From NCBI GenBank assembly GCA_041663885.1, contig JBAYLX010000001.1:1-47475 (forward strand): a DNA stretch of 47,475 nt. Reading direction: 5' to 3'. How positions within the stretch are numbered: the stretch's first letter is position 1; the number at the start of each line of letters is the position of its first letter. This document shows positions 18,225 through 27,390 of the stretch, piece after piece. This DNA is from Minisyncoccota bacterium (lineage in GTDB: Bacteria; Patescibacteriota; Minisyncoccia; Minisyncoccales; UBA5738). A program made the position numbers and the translations under genes. The notes under the pieces are model-generated. The model had not been told where the DNA came from. It did not search any database and was given only the letters and a program-made list of their open reading frames with translations.

Positions 18225-18467
18225 ATGTTTATGGAGATAATGGAATTCCGGCAAAGTTTGTTTTGGGATGTAAATCCCAAAAATATTGATCCCCAAAAGA
18301 ACGCCCAATATGTGATTGAGCGGATTTTGGATTTTGGCAATGACTTGGAAGTGAAATGGATGTGGGATTATTACGACAAAGCGTTGATAAAAAAAATTGT
18401 TGATAAATCGCGTTGTTTAATGCCCGAAACAAAAAATTTATGGCAATTGATGCTGGCAAGCAATTGA
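18225..18467 (+). CDS. Small hypothetical protein upstream of, and overlapping, the AbiEii-like gene (candidate antitoxin partner)
   Basis: 80 aa, SLFWDVNPKNIDPQKNAQYVIERILDFGN. It overlaps the downstream ATG (18440) by 28 nt. The assignment rests on position only. Confidence 0.4.
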   Translation: MFMEIMEFRQSLFWDVNPKNIDPQKNAQYVIERILDFGNDLEVKWMWDYYDKALIKKIVDKSRCLMPETKNLWQLMLASN

Positions 18468-19120
18468 ATCTTAATTTTGATATTTTGCCCAAAGAAACCA
18501 AAGTTGCTTTGGATTTTTTGAGGGGTCAATCTTGGCTAAAAAATGACGATTGGTATTTGGCGGGTGGGACGGCCTTGGCATTGCAGGCGGGGCATCGAAA
18601 ATCTTTTGATTTGGATTTCTTTAATAAAAAAGGAGTTTTTGATAATGTTGGGTTGATTGAAAATTTTTCGGACAATAATGATTGGGAAATGACCATAAAT
18701 AAAGAAAATACGATTTATGGTAAATTGTCTGGCGCAAAAGTAAGTTTTATCGCCTATCCGTTTTTTGTTCCGGACAAGGAATTCATAAAATACGGCACGA
18801 TAAACATATTGTCAGTGCGGGATGTGGCGGTAATGAAAATCATTGCCATTTCGCAAAGAGGCCGGAAGCGCGATTTTTTTGATTTATATTGGTGCGCGAA
18901 AAATATTGAGCCGTTAGAGGAAACGATAAAGCGATTAAAAAAACAATACCCATCAGTTGCGCACGATTATTACCATATTATGAAAAGTTTGGCGTATTTT
19001 GATGACGCGGAAAGCGATCCCGATTTGGAATTAAATTTTAAAACAAATTGGCTGGAAGTCAAAAAGTATTTCGCAAAAGAAGTACCGCAAATAATGAAAA
19101 AAATAATGGAGTTAAAATAA
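18440..19120 (+). CDS. Nucleotidyltransferase AbiEii/AbiGii toxin family protein (DUF1814)
   Basis: LAGGTALALQAGHRKSFDLDFF is the typical AbiEii nucleotidyltransferase motif, and the size (~226 aa) fits. ATG at 18440 is preferred over 18413. Confidence 0.7.
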   Translation: MAIDAGKQLNLNFDILPKETKVALDFLRGQSWLKNDDWYLAGGTALALQAGHRKSFDLDFFNKKGVFDNVGLIENFSDNNDWEMTINKENTIYGKLSGAKVSFIAYPFFVPDKEFIKYGTINILSVRDVAVMKIIAISQRGRKRDFFDLYWCAKNIEPLEETIKRLKKQYPSVAHDYYHIMKSLAYFDDAESDPDLELNFKTNWLEVKKYFAKEVPQIMKKIMELK

Positions 19121-19167
19121 AAAATTTGAGGTTTAAACAGCCATACTATTAAATCAAAAAATATTTT

Positions 19168-20148
19168 ATGGTTAAGGCGATAGTTTTAAAGCTTGCAAAA
19201 ATTAAATATGGTGGCAAGTCCATTGGCGATGATATTCGCGTGGAAATTGAGGCGATGGGACAGATCGCAACAATTGATAAAAAGATTAAAATTAACACCG
19301 GCGCGGAAATAAACCGCGAAGCGGCAAGGTTTTTAATTGATCAAAAATCGTTTAAGACTGGAGTTAAAATCACCGTGATTGAAAAAGATTTGTTGTTCAA
19401 TGATGTTGGTATTGTTGAGAAAAACATTAAAATTGATGTTGAGCAAGGCAAGCCGCAGGAATTTTCGTTTGAGATTCAAGTGAGAGAAAATCGGTCAGTG
19501 TTGCTGAATAAATTTTGGGGCAAAGCGGTGGCGGTTTTTGAAGTAATTTTGGCGGTAGAAGTTTTTGAAATGGCGCAATATGTGCCGGATAACGATGATA
19601 ACAAAGGTTGGCTTAATATAATACTTGAATCAGACAAAACATTTGTTTCGATTCCTGCATATACAAAAATAAAAACAGAAAAAATTGAGAAAAAAAGAGA
19701 ATATTTTATACCCTTGGAAGGCGCTTATCGTGGAAAATTAGCGACGGTAAAATTAACGGATGACGGTACTTCTCAATTTATTTCCGGAATTGTGCATAAG
19801 CCGATGGCGCATGCTCAATATTCGATTTCCCAAAAAATACTTTCTCTTGGTGATAAAAAGTATAAGGCGGCCGATCATCCTGATTCTCCATGGAAAAAAG
19901 GATTGTACGATATTGAAATTCCTGATTATCCCCATCAAGGCGGCGCAAGATACCAAAAAGATGCTCCGAGGGCTAAAACATGGTTTAGAGTTGGACATAG
20001 CGGGGCGAGATATTTGCATACGGGTATGCAATCGCTTGGATGCCTTACAGTTGTCGAAGTTTCTCGTTGGGCGGAAATTTATAACGCGCTAATAAAGGCG
20101 CGCAAAGGCGATTCTGCCAGTGTGGGCGTACTTGAAGTGATTGATTGA
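19168..20148 (+). CDS. Hypothetical protein whose C-terminal domain resembles L,D-transpeptidase-fold toxins (Tlde1/DUF2778 or YkuD-like)
   Basis: The C-terminus reads PWKKGLYDIEIPDYPH...TWFRVGHSGARYLHTGMQSLGCLTVV...WAEIYNALI...VGVLEV. This contains an H-x(5)-S-x-G-C catalytic-type motif. No signal peptide is present. Confidence 0.4.
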   Translation: MVKAIVLKLAKIKYGGKSIGDDIRVEIEAMGQIATIDKKIKINTGAEINREAARFLIDQKSFKTGVKITVIEKDLLFNDVGIVEKNIKIDVEQGKPQEFSFEIQVRENRSVLLNKFWGKAVAVFEVILAVEVFEMAQYVPDNDDNKGWLNIILESDKTFVSIPAYTKIKTEKIEKKREYFIPLEGAYRGKLATVKLTDDGTSQFISGIVHKPMAHAQYSISQKILSLGDKKYKAADHPDSPWKKGLYDIEIPDYPHQGGARYQKDAPRAKTWFRVGHSGARYLHTGMQSLGCLTVVEVSRWAEIYNALIKARKGDSASVGVLEVID

Positions 20149-20677
20149 TATGAAGTTGCTTAATTTCCGCATTTTAATTGCTGTGGGAGTTATTTTGGCG
20201 GTGATTGTGTTTTTGGTTGGATTTTTTGTTTGGCAAAAATATCCTTTTGGAGTTAAAAAATATAAAACTATTGAAATCGGCATGGCCGCGGCGGAAAAAG
20301 CAAATGATCATATAGTTTGGGCACCGCCGTATGACACTGTTCCCGAGTCGGATTTTTATGTGTATTCTTTAGGTGATGAAGCAATGTGCATCAGTTCGGA
20401 TTGCGGAATGGGGGCGTATTTTGTGGAGTGTCTGGGCGGATGGATTTCTGGCTATAAAGATATCGGCGAAGTGGCTGATTACGGTTTGCGTGAAGTGGGA
20501 GTTAATATCGACAAGCAAAAAATTATCACGATTGCCGATAAAGATGCAAAAATTGTTGGTATTTACCCTGGTGCCGGGATCAGAAATTTGCCCTATATTA
20601 TGAATAACCATCGCAATCTTGCTTCAAAAGAAACTTTTAATATTTGTTGGAACATGATGCCACAGCTATGGAAATGA
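20141..20677 (+). CDS. Hypothetical membrane-anchored protein (candidate immunity partner of the upstream gene)
   Basis: The start overlaps the upstream stop (20141 versus 20148). It has an N-terminal TM helix (ILIAVGVILAVIVFLVGFFVW). No known motif. Confidence 0.45.
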   Translation: MIDMKLLNFRILIAVGVILAVIVFLVGFFVWQKYPFGVKKYKTIEIGMAAAEKANDHIVWAPPYDTVPESDFYVYSLGDEAMCISSDCGMGAYFVECLGGWISGYKDIGEVADYGLREVGVNIDKQKIITIADKDAKIVGIYPGAGIRNLPYIMNNHRNLASKETFNICWNMMPQLWK

Positions 20678-20749
20678 TTTCGTAATTAAAATTTTTATGT
20701 TTGCTCCGAAAACAGAAAATGCAATTTTGATGTAGAAATTGGAAGAGAT

Positions 20750-21007
20750 ATGCTTATTGGTTATAAAACAAATGACATTGAAACCTACGCTTTGTGGAGC
20801 GGCGTTGCTGATCCGATCGGGCAGTTGATAAATGATGGCAAAAATGTAATTTTATTTGTAACCGCGAGAAGAGTGTCGCGCGAGCTCAATGAATTGGCAA
20901 AGAATGGTTTGGTAATTTTTGATATTCAAAAAATCAAAGAATTTATTTGTTGGACAAAGGAAATGGAATGCAAAAGGGGCTCCGCAAGCGGAATCCCTAA
21001 GCTATAG
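20750..21007 (+). CDS. Hypothetical protein
   Basis: 85-aa ORF followed by the hairpin TTGATCA-ttgc-TGATCAA at ~21011-21028. No motif recognised. Confidence 0.3.
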   Translation: MLIGYKTNDIETYALWSGVADPIGQLINDGKNVILFVTARRVSRELNELAKNGLVIFDIQKIKEFICWTKEMECKRGSASGIPKL

Positions 21008-21430
21008 ATTTATTGATCATTGCTGATCAATTTTATAATAGCAAATTAAATGATATTGTCAAAGCAAATGAAAATCAGCCCGCAGCCATTGCAAAATATG
21101 CGATAACCGAATAAAATTCAGTTAGTTCCATTTTGGAAAATGTTGCCGTGGAAAAGAAAAATAAATAATGATAAAAATCATTAAAAGTTTGATTGCAGAT
21201 TAAACAATAATGGAATTAAAATAAAAAAAGGGATTGTTGTGGTAAATGCTAAAAGAGTAAAGAAGTACATACCATCAATAATCCACCAACCGTCAATATC
21301 ATTGATTTTGACAATACTCCGCCAACAGTCAAGATACTGCCTATTAAAAACCATACCGTGGCTAGAATAAACGTAATTTAGGCACCTCCTTGGAATTGCT
21401 AACATCATAAATAATAAAATTGTCAATACT

Positions 21431-23836
21431 ATGGAAACAGAAAATCAAAAAAATATGGAAAATATAAATGATAAAAATGTAGTGTGGTTCAAGGAGGTGA
21501 CCAAGAAGGATGTGGAGCTGGTCGGGGGAAAAAACGGGTCGTTGGGCGAAATGTTTTCGCAGCTGGGGGAGAAGGGCGTGCCGATTCCGAATGGGTTTAT
21601 TACCACCAGCACCGCGTTTTGGCGCTATTTGAAGCACAATGGGATTGATAAAAAATTAGAAGGGATTTTTAAGGATTTGGATGTTTCTAATTTGGAGAAA
21701 CTGAAAAAAGCCAGCACGCTGGCGCGCAATTTGGTTTTGAAGGGAGAATTTCCCGCGGATTTTCGGAATCAGATATTGGAAGCATACAAAGAATTGTCGG
21801 CGTATTACAAAACGAAGAATGTGAATGTGGCGGTGCGGTCATCCGCGACCGCGGAGGATTTGGCCGGGGCGTCGTTTGCCGGCGCTCACGAAACCTATTT
21901 GAACATTGACACGCCTGCGGAATTGCTGGACGCGGTGAAAAAATGCATTTCGTCGCTTTATTTGGATCGGGCGATTGTTTATCGCGCCGAAAAGGGTTTT
22001 GATACCTTGAAGGTGGCGCTGTCCGTGGGTGTGATGAGGATGGTGCGCTCGGATCTGGCTTCGGCGGGTATTATGTTCACCTTGGACACGGAAACCGGAT
22101 TCCGTAACGTGGTGCTGGTCAATTCCATTTATGGCGCGGGCGAGATGATTGTGAAGGGTCATGTGGTGGCCGACCAGTTCTATGTTTTCAAACCTTCTCT
22201 GAAATCAGGCAAGCCCGCGATCATTTCCAAGACATTGGGCAATAAAGATATTAAATATATTTTTGACAAAAAAGTTGGACTGAAAGAAGTAAAGGTTTTG
22301 CCCAAAGACCAGGTGAAGTTTTCGTTGACTGATGCGGAAGTGGAACAATTAGCTAAGTGGGCGGTGATTATTGAAGACCATTATCAAGGCCCGCAAGATA
22401 TTGAATGGGCCAAAGATGGCAAGACCGGCGAATTGTTCATTGTTCAGGCGCGGCCGGAGACGATTTATGCCGGCAAGGAAACGAAAAATGTTTATGAGGA
22501 ATACGAAGTGAAAACCAATGCCAAGCCATTAGTTACGGGTATTGCCGTGGGGCACAAGATTGGCGAGGGAAAAATCCATATCATCCCGAATGTGAAGCAA
22601 ATCAGCCAATTCAAGAAGGGTGAAATTTTAGTTACAAATATGACTGATCCGGACTGGGTGCCGATCATGCGTATCGCGTCGGCGATCGTGACCAATGAAG
22701 GTACTAAAACTTGCCACGCGGCCATCGTTTCGCGCGAGTTGGGTACGCCTTGCATTGTGGGCACGCGGAACGCCACTAAGGTTTTGGGAAACGGCGTGAT
22801 GGCGACCGCGGATTGCACGCAGGGTTTGGAGGGACGGGTTTTTGCGGGAAAAATTCATTACGAAAAAAAGGAATACGATTTGGGTACGATTCCGGCTTTG
22901 CCGACCAAGATTATGCTAAACGTGGGCACGCCCGAGGGCGCATTCAAAGCCTCGTTTTTGCCCAACGATGGCGTGGGATTGGCGCGGGTGGAATTTATTT
23001 TTGCCGACAAAGTCAAAGTGCATCCGTTAGCGCTTATTAATTTCGCCAAGCTGAAAGACAAAAAGGTAAAAGCGCAAATTGAACAAATTACCGCCGGATA
23101 TAAAGATAAAAAAGAATTTTTCGTGGACAAATTGGTCGAAGGAATTGCGACGATTGCGGCCGCATTTTATCCCAAGCACGTCATTGTCCGTTTTTCGGAT
23201 TTTAAGACCAATGAATACAGCGCCCTGATTGGCGGTAAAGATTACGAACCGGTTGAGTCTAATCCGATGATCGGCTGGCGCGGCGCGTCGCGGTATTACG
23301 ATCCGCGGTTTGAGCCGGCGTTTGCGATGGAATGCCAGGCAATCAAAAAAGTCCGGGAAACCATGGGGCTGGATAATGTTTGGGTGATGATTCCGTTTTG
23401 CCGCACTGTGGAAGAAGGCAAAAAAGTGATCGCGGTAATGAAAGATAACGGTTTGGAATCAAATGTTAATGGGTTGAAAATAATGGTAATGTGCGAGATT
23501 CCGGCCAATGTGATCTTGGCCGACCAATTTTTGGAAATATTCGACGGCATGTCGATCGGTTCCAATGATTTGACGCAACTGGCATTGGGTTTGGACCGCG
23601 ACGCGGGCCAGTTGACGCATATTGCCAATGAAAATAACGAAGCGGTTAAGGTTTTAGTCAAACAGGCGATTGCGGCGTGCAAAGCGAAAGGAAAATACAT
23701 CGGTATTTGCGGCCAAGCGCCCAGCGATTACCCGGAATTCGCGGAATTTATTATGCAAGAGGGAATTGAAACCATGTCGCTCAATCCGGACAGCGTAATG
23801 AAAACCATTATCAAGCTTGGCGGCCTGCAAAAATGA
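21431..23836 (+). CDS. ppsA: Phosphoenolpyruvate synthase (pyruvate, water dikinase)
   Basis: Motifs VGGKNGSLGEM, VAVRSSATAEDL, the phospho-His loop GTKTCHAAIVSRELG.PCIVG, and a C-terminal PEP-utilising domain ending GICGQAPSD are present. Confidence 0.93.
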   Translation: METENQKNMENINDKNVVWFKEVTKKDVELVGGKNGSLGEMFSQLGEKGVPIPNGFITTSTAFWRYLKHNGIDKKLEGIFKDLDVSNLEKLKKASTLARNLVLKGEFPADFRNQILEAYKELSAYYKTKNVNVAVRSSATAEDLAGASFAGAHETYLNIDTPAELLDAVKKCISSLYLDRAIVYRAEKGFDTLKVALSVGVMRMVRSDLASAGIMFTLDTETGFRNVVLVNSIYGAGEMIVKGHVVADQFYVFKPSLKSGKPAIISKTLGNKDIKYIFDKKVGLKEVKVLPKDQVKFSLTDAEVEQLAKWAVIIEDHYQGPQDIEWAKDGKTGELFIVQARPETIYAGKETKNVYEEYEVKTNAKPLVTGIAVGHKIGEGKIHIIPNVKQISQFKKGEILVTNMTDPDWVPIMRIASAIVTNEGTKTCHAAIVSRELGTPCIVGTRNATKVLGNGVMATADCTQGLEGRVFAGKIHYEKKEYDLGTIPALPTKIMLNVGTPEGAFKASFLPNDGVGLARVEFIFADKVKVHPLALINFAKLKDKKVKAQIEQITAGYKDKKEFFVDKLVEGIATIAAAFYPKHVIVRFSDFKTNEYSALIGGKDYEPVESNPMIGWRGASRYYDPRFEPAFAMECQAIKKVRETMGLDNVWVMIPFCRTVEEGKKVIAVMKDNGLESNVNGLKIMVMCEIPANVILADQFLEIFDGMSIGSNDLTQLALGLDRDAGQLTHIANENNEAVKVLVKQAIAACKAKGKYIGICGQAPSDYPEFAEFIMQEGIETMSLNPDSVMKTIIKLGGLQK

Positions 23837-23893
23837 TTTATTTTGGATATCGTTTGAAAATTGAAAATTAGAAATTGAAAATTGTTTAAAATT

Positions 23894-24883
23894 ATGTTCG
23901 ACGTAATTACTTTTGGGAGCGCGGCGTGGGATGTGTTTATGGATTTGCCGCCAAAATTTGTTAAAAAAGACGCCAAGGCGATTGCAGGGCGGGCGTTTGC
24001 GTTGAATATGGGTTCAAAGATCGATATTCCGGGGATGAGGTTTGCGTTTGGTGGCGGCGGGGTCAACACCGCCACGACCTTCGCGCGGCAAGGTTTCAAG
24101 ACCGCGGTTTGCGGCATGACCGGCGATGATATTCCGGGGCGGGAAGTTGTCGAGCATTTGAAAAGGATCGGCATTGATACCGGACTGATGAGCCAAACCA
24201 AAGAGCGGGCGACCAATAATTCCGTGGTGTTGAATGCGCAAGGTGAAGACCGGGTGATTTTGGTTTATCGCGGCGCGTCGGAATTGCTGGAAAACAAAAA
24301 TATCCAATGGGAAAATTTAAATGCCAAATTATTTTATTTGGCGCCTCTTTCGGGAAAATTGTGCCGTTTAACCGAACAATTTACTGCATATGCCAAAAAA
24401 AACGGAATTACCGTTGCGGCCAATCTGGGTAATTCGCAATTGGCAATGGGGAGGGCATGCGTTAAAAGCTTGCTGTCGCGGATCGATATTTTGATTTTGA
24501 ATCTTGAAGAAGCTGCGGCAATGACCGGAACAAATTACGTCGACCAAGAAAAAATCATTAAAAGAGTCGTTAATATGCATCCGGGTATCAATGTGCTTAC
24601 CAAAGGCAAAGAGGGCGCGATGATTATTGCTGGTGGTAAAATTTATGAAGGTAAATTGAAGGCGTTTAAAGTGGCCGATGTCACTGGCGCGGGCGACGCG
24701 TTCGCTTCGGGCTTTATGTCGGGAATGTTGGCGTCGGAAAACGATATCGAATACTCGATGAAGCTGGCGCTGGTCAATGCCAAGCATTGCCTGAGCATAC
24801 GCGGGTCAGACAAGCTTCTGGCCAAAGAGGATAATTTTCTCGTGGGCCAGGAAAACATTAAAATAAAAATCAGTCCAGTTTAA
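23894..24883 (+). CDS. PfkB-family carbohydrate kinase (ribokinase / phosphofructokinase-like)
   Basis: GGGGVNTA and DVTGAGDAFASGF (the PfkB signature 2 anion hole) are present. ATG at 23894 is preferred over TTG at 23882. Confidence 0.8.
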   Translation: MFDVITFGSAAWDVFMDLPPKFVKKDAKAIAGRAFALNMGSKIDIPGMRFAFGGGGVNTATTFARQGFKTAVCGMTGDDIPGREVVEHLKRIGIDTGLMSQTKERATNNSVVLNAQGEDRVILVYRGASELLENKNIQWENLNAKLFYLAPLSGKLCRLTEQFTAYAKKNGITVAANLGNSQLAMGRACVKSLLSRIDILILNLEEAAAMTGTNYVDQEKIIKRVVNMHPGINVLTKGKEGAMIIAGGKIYEGKLKAFKVADVTGAGDAFASGFMSGMLASENDIEYSMKLALVNAKHCLSIRGSDKLLAKEDNFLVGQENIKIKISPV

Positions 24884-24887
24884 AAAA

Positions 24888-24919
24888 GGTCGCACCTTGC
24901 AAGCATGCAGGGTGCGACC
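24888..24919 (+). terminator. GC-rich hairpin downstream of the pfkB-family gene
   Basis: GGTCGCACCTTGC-aagcat-GCAGGGTGCGACC. It has one G-U wobble, only if read as + strand RNA. Confidence 0.55.
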
Positions 24920-24963
24920 TTGGAAAACTTCTGATATAATGATTACATATTAAATTTTTAACT

Positions 24964-26064
24964 ATGAAAATCACAATTAGCGCGATCAAGGCGGATTTGG
25001 GAGCGATCGGCGGGCATATCAAGCCGTCGCAGGCATTGCTGGACGCGGTGCAGAACCATATCAAAACAAAAAGCAAGAACATTTTGATCGATTGGCGCGT
25101 TTCGTTCACCGGGGACGATATTGCGATCCTGATGACGCACGAAATGGGTATTGGCAATGAAAAAGTGCACCGGCTTTGCTGGGATGCGTTTGTTGTTGGA
25201 ATGAAAGTTGCCAAAGAGCAGGGGCTTTACGGCGCGGGTCAGGATTTGCTCAAGCTCGATTTCAACGGCACTTGCAAGGGGCTTGGGCCGGCGGTGGCGG
25301 AAATGGAATTCGAGGAGCGCGAGGCCGAACCGTTCTTGTTCCTGGCGGCGGATAAAACCGATCCGGGCGCGTTCAACTTGCCGGCTTATTTGTCATTTTG
25401 CGATCCGATGCATAATTCCGGCTTGGTGATTTCATCCAAGATCCGCCAGGGATATATTTTCCGAATTATGGATTTGGCCTGCATTGAAGAAGAAAGGATG
25501 ATTGAGCTGAAAACTCCGGAGGAAATTTATGATGTCGCGGTTTTATTGCGCGATCAGGAACGGTTCGCGGTGGAAAGCATTTGGGCGCGGGCGAGTAATG
25601 ACCAGTCGGCAGTGGTCAGTACCACGCGGTTGCATAATATCGCGGGCAAATACGTGGGCAAAGATGACCCGGTAATGCTGGTGCGCACACAGAAGGAATT
25701 TCCGGGCGGCGGCGAAATTCTTTCGCCCTATTCTATCGGGCATTTGGTGGCCGGATTTATGCGCGGCTCGCACCACGGGCCGCTGATGCCGGTAAAATTC
25801 GGCACGGATGTGTCGTTTTTTGACGGACCGCCGATCGTCAGCGCCGCGGCATATAGCGTTCATAACGGCAAGCTGACCGAAGCGGTTGATTGTTTCGACC
25901 ATCCTTATTGGGATTTTATCCGCACGCAAATTTCGCAAAAGGCTCAGGATATCCGGCGGCAAGGTTTTTTTGGTCCCGCGATGCTGGGAATGGGCGAGCT
26001 CGAGTACATGGATGTGGCGCAAACCTTGAAAAATTTGGAAAAAAGGTTTAAAGTAGGCAAATAG
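24964..26064 (+). CDS. fbp: Bifunctional fructose-1,6-bisphosphate aldolase/phosphatase (class V, archaeal type)
   Basis: The N-terminus MKITISAIKADLGAIGGH and the ~366-aa length are typical of the FBP aldolase/phosphatase family. Confidence 0.85.
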   Translation: MKITISAIKADLGAIGGHIKPSQALLDAVQNHIKTKSKNILIDWRVSFTGDDIAILMTHEMGIGNEKVHRLCWDAFVVGMKVAKEQGLYGAGQDLLKLDFNGTCKGLGPAVAEMEFEEREAEPFLFLAADKTDPGAFNLPAYLSFCDPMHNSGLVISSKIRQGYIFRIMDLACIEEERMIELKTPEEIYDVAVLLRDQERFAVESIWARASNDQSAVVSTTRLHNIAGKYVGKDDPVMLVRTQKEFPGGGEILSPYSIGHLVAGFMRGSHHGPLMPVKFGTDVSFFDGPPIVSAAAYSVHNGKLTEAVDCFDHPYWDFIRTQISQKAQDIRRQGFFGPAMLGMGELEYMDVAQTLKNLEKRFKVGK

Positions 26065-26142
26065 GGCTTTTATTCAAAAAACGCGCTTTTACTGTGCCTA
26101 TCTTAGCGGACACGGTGTTAATCGTTGTTTCGGAAGGCCACA

Positions 26143-26568
26143 ATGAAAATTTACATTAAAATAATAATCGCGGCACTGGCGATTGGCATCGTTACGATTT
26201 CGTATTTCAATATTTTCGGCAAGCCGGTGAGCGTGGCGACCGATAAAAACGATTACAAAGTCGGCGATTCGTTGGAGGTGGTAATCAAGAACAATTTGGA
26301 CAAGCCGATATGTTTTTCGTCGTGTTACCCTTATTTGATGGAATTAAAAAAATCCGGCAATTGGGTGGCATATTCATATCCTGAATGTCTTCACGGTCAA
26401 GCGTTATCCTGTGTCCAGCCAGCCGCTGAAAAGAAATTCCAATTGACCCTGGATGAAGCGGAGATTGGTACGACTCGGATGAAAATACAGGTTTGCGTTG
26501 ATTGCCAGGGCCAGAATTTTCTGCCGGATTTCACTTTTTATTCGAATAATTTCGAAATTCAAAAATAA
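26143..26568 (+). CDS. Hypothetical membrane-anchored/secreted Cys-containing protein
   Basis: The N-terminus has a hydrophobic helix (IIIAALAIGIVTISYF). ATG at 26143 is preferred over TTG at 26125. Confidence 0.45.
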   Translation: MKIYIKIIIAALAIGIVTISYFNIFGKPVSVATDKNDYKVGDSLEVVIKNNLDKPICFSSCYPYLMELKKSGNWVAYSYPECLHGQALSCVQPAAEKKFQLTLDEAEIGTTRMKIQVCVDCQGQNFLPDFTFYSNNFEIQK

Positions 26569-26607
26569 TCATTTAAAACAGTTCATCTCTGCGAAGAACG
26601 AAAAAAT

Positions 26608-27279
26608 ATGCTTACGCTTAAATCAAAATTGAGGACGGAATTGGGGCGCGACACGCAAGAAATCCGGAAAAGCGGCTTCGTGCCGGCGGTATTATACGGG
26701 CCGGGAATCGGCAATTTGAATCTTGCCGTCGATGCCAAAGAATTCGTGAAGCTGTTCCGCCAGTCCGGCAAGAGTTCCCTGATATCATTGGCGATCGAGG
26801 GGCAAAAAAACACTTTTATGGTGTTGATCAATGATATTGATACCGATCCGGTGAGCGGCAATATTATCCATGCCGATCTTTATCAACCTGATTTGACCAA
26901 GGAAATCGAGGCTCAAGTGCCGATTATTTTCGAGGGCGAGTCGCTGGCGGTCAAGGATCTTGGCGGTACTTTGGTGAAAAATATTTCTGAAATTACCGTT
27001 AAAGCTTTACCAGCCGATTTGCCGCGCGAAATAAGGGTGGACATCTCCAAGTTAAAAACCTTTGAAGATGCGATTTTGGTCAAAGATTTGAATATTGGGG
27101 AAAAAGTGGAATTGTTGAAAAATCCGGATGAGATCGTGGCTTTGGCGGCTCCGGTGCAAAAAGTGGAGGAAGAGCTCGAGAAGCCGATCGAAGAGAAGGT
27201 TGAGGAAGTGGGCAAGGTGGAGAAAGAAAAGAAAGATGTGGTTACCGAAGAGGAAGCCGCGCCCAATTCAAAAAAATAA
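26608..27279 (+). CDS. rplY: 50S ribosomal protein L25 (Ctc form) with an acidic/lysine-rich tail
   Basis: R.ELGRDTQEIRKSGFVPAVLYG is the L25 N-terminal signature. A two-domain Ctc-type C-terminus follows. Confidence 0.85.
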   Translation: MLTLKSKLRTELGRDTQEIRKSGFVPAVLYGPGIGNLNLAVDAKEFVKLFRQSGKSSLISLAIEGQKNTFMVLINDIDTDPVSGNIIHADLYQPDLTKEIEAQVPIIFEGESLAVKDLGGTLVKNISEITVKALPADLPREIRVDISKLKTFEDAILVKDLNIGEKVELLKNPDEIVALAAPVQKVEEELEKPIEEKVEEVGKVEKEKKDVVTEEEAAPNSKK

Positions 27280-27298
27280 TATAATTTACGCGCAAAAA

Positions 27299-27331
27299 GA
27301 AACGCCTGCGGTTGCAAAACCACAGGCGTTT
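27299..27331 (+). terminator. Hairpin downstream of rplY
   Basis: AAACGCCTG(C)GG-ttgcaaaa-CC(A)CAGGCGTTT followed by GGGTT. It overlaps the ORF-track N-terminal extension of the next gene. Confidence 0.5.
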
Positions 27332-27390
27332 GGGTTATGATTAATAATGCAAGCGCAATGCTTTATTTAGGTTCCACTCAAAACATACCA

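Noticed and set aside
21181-21426. 81-aa - strand ORF (small membrane protein?)
   Set aside because: Its start would lie 4 nt from the divergent ppsA start, leaving no promoter space. It is AT-rich and low-complexity with no motif. It cannot be excluded, but it is not reported as a feature.
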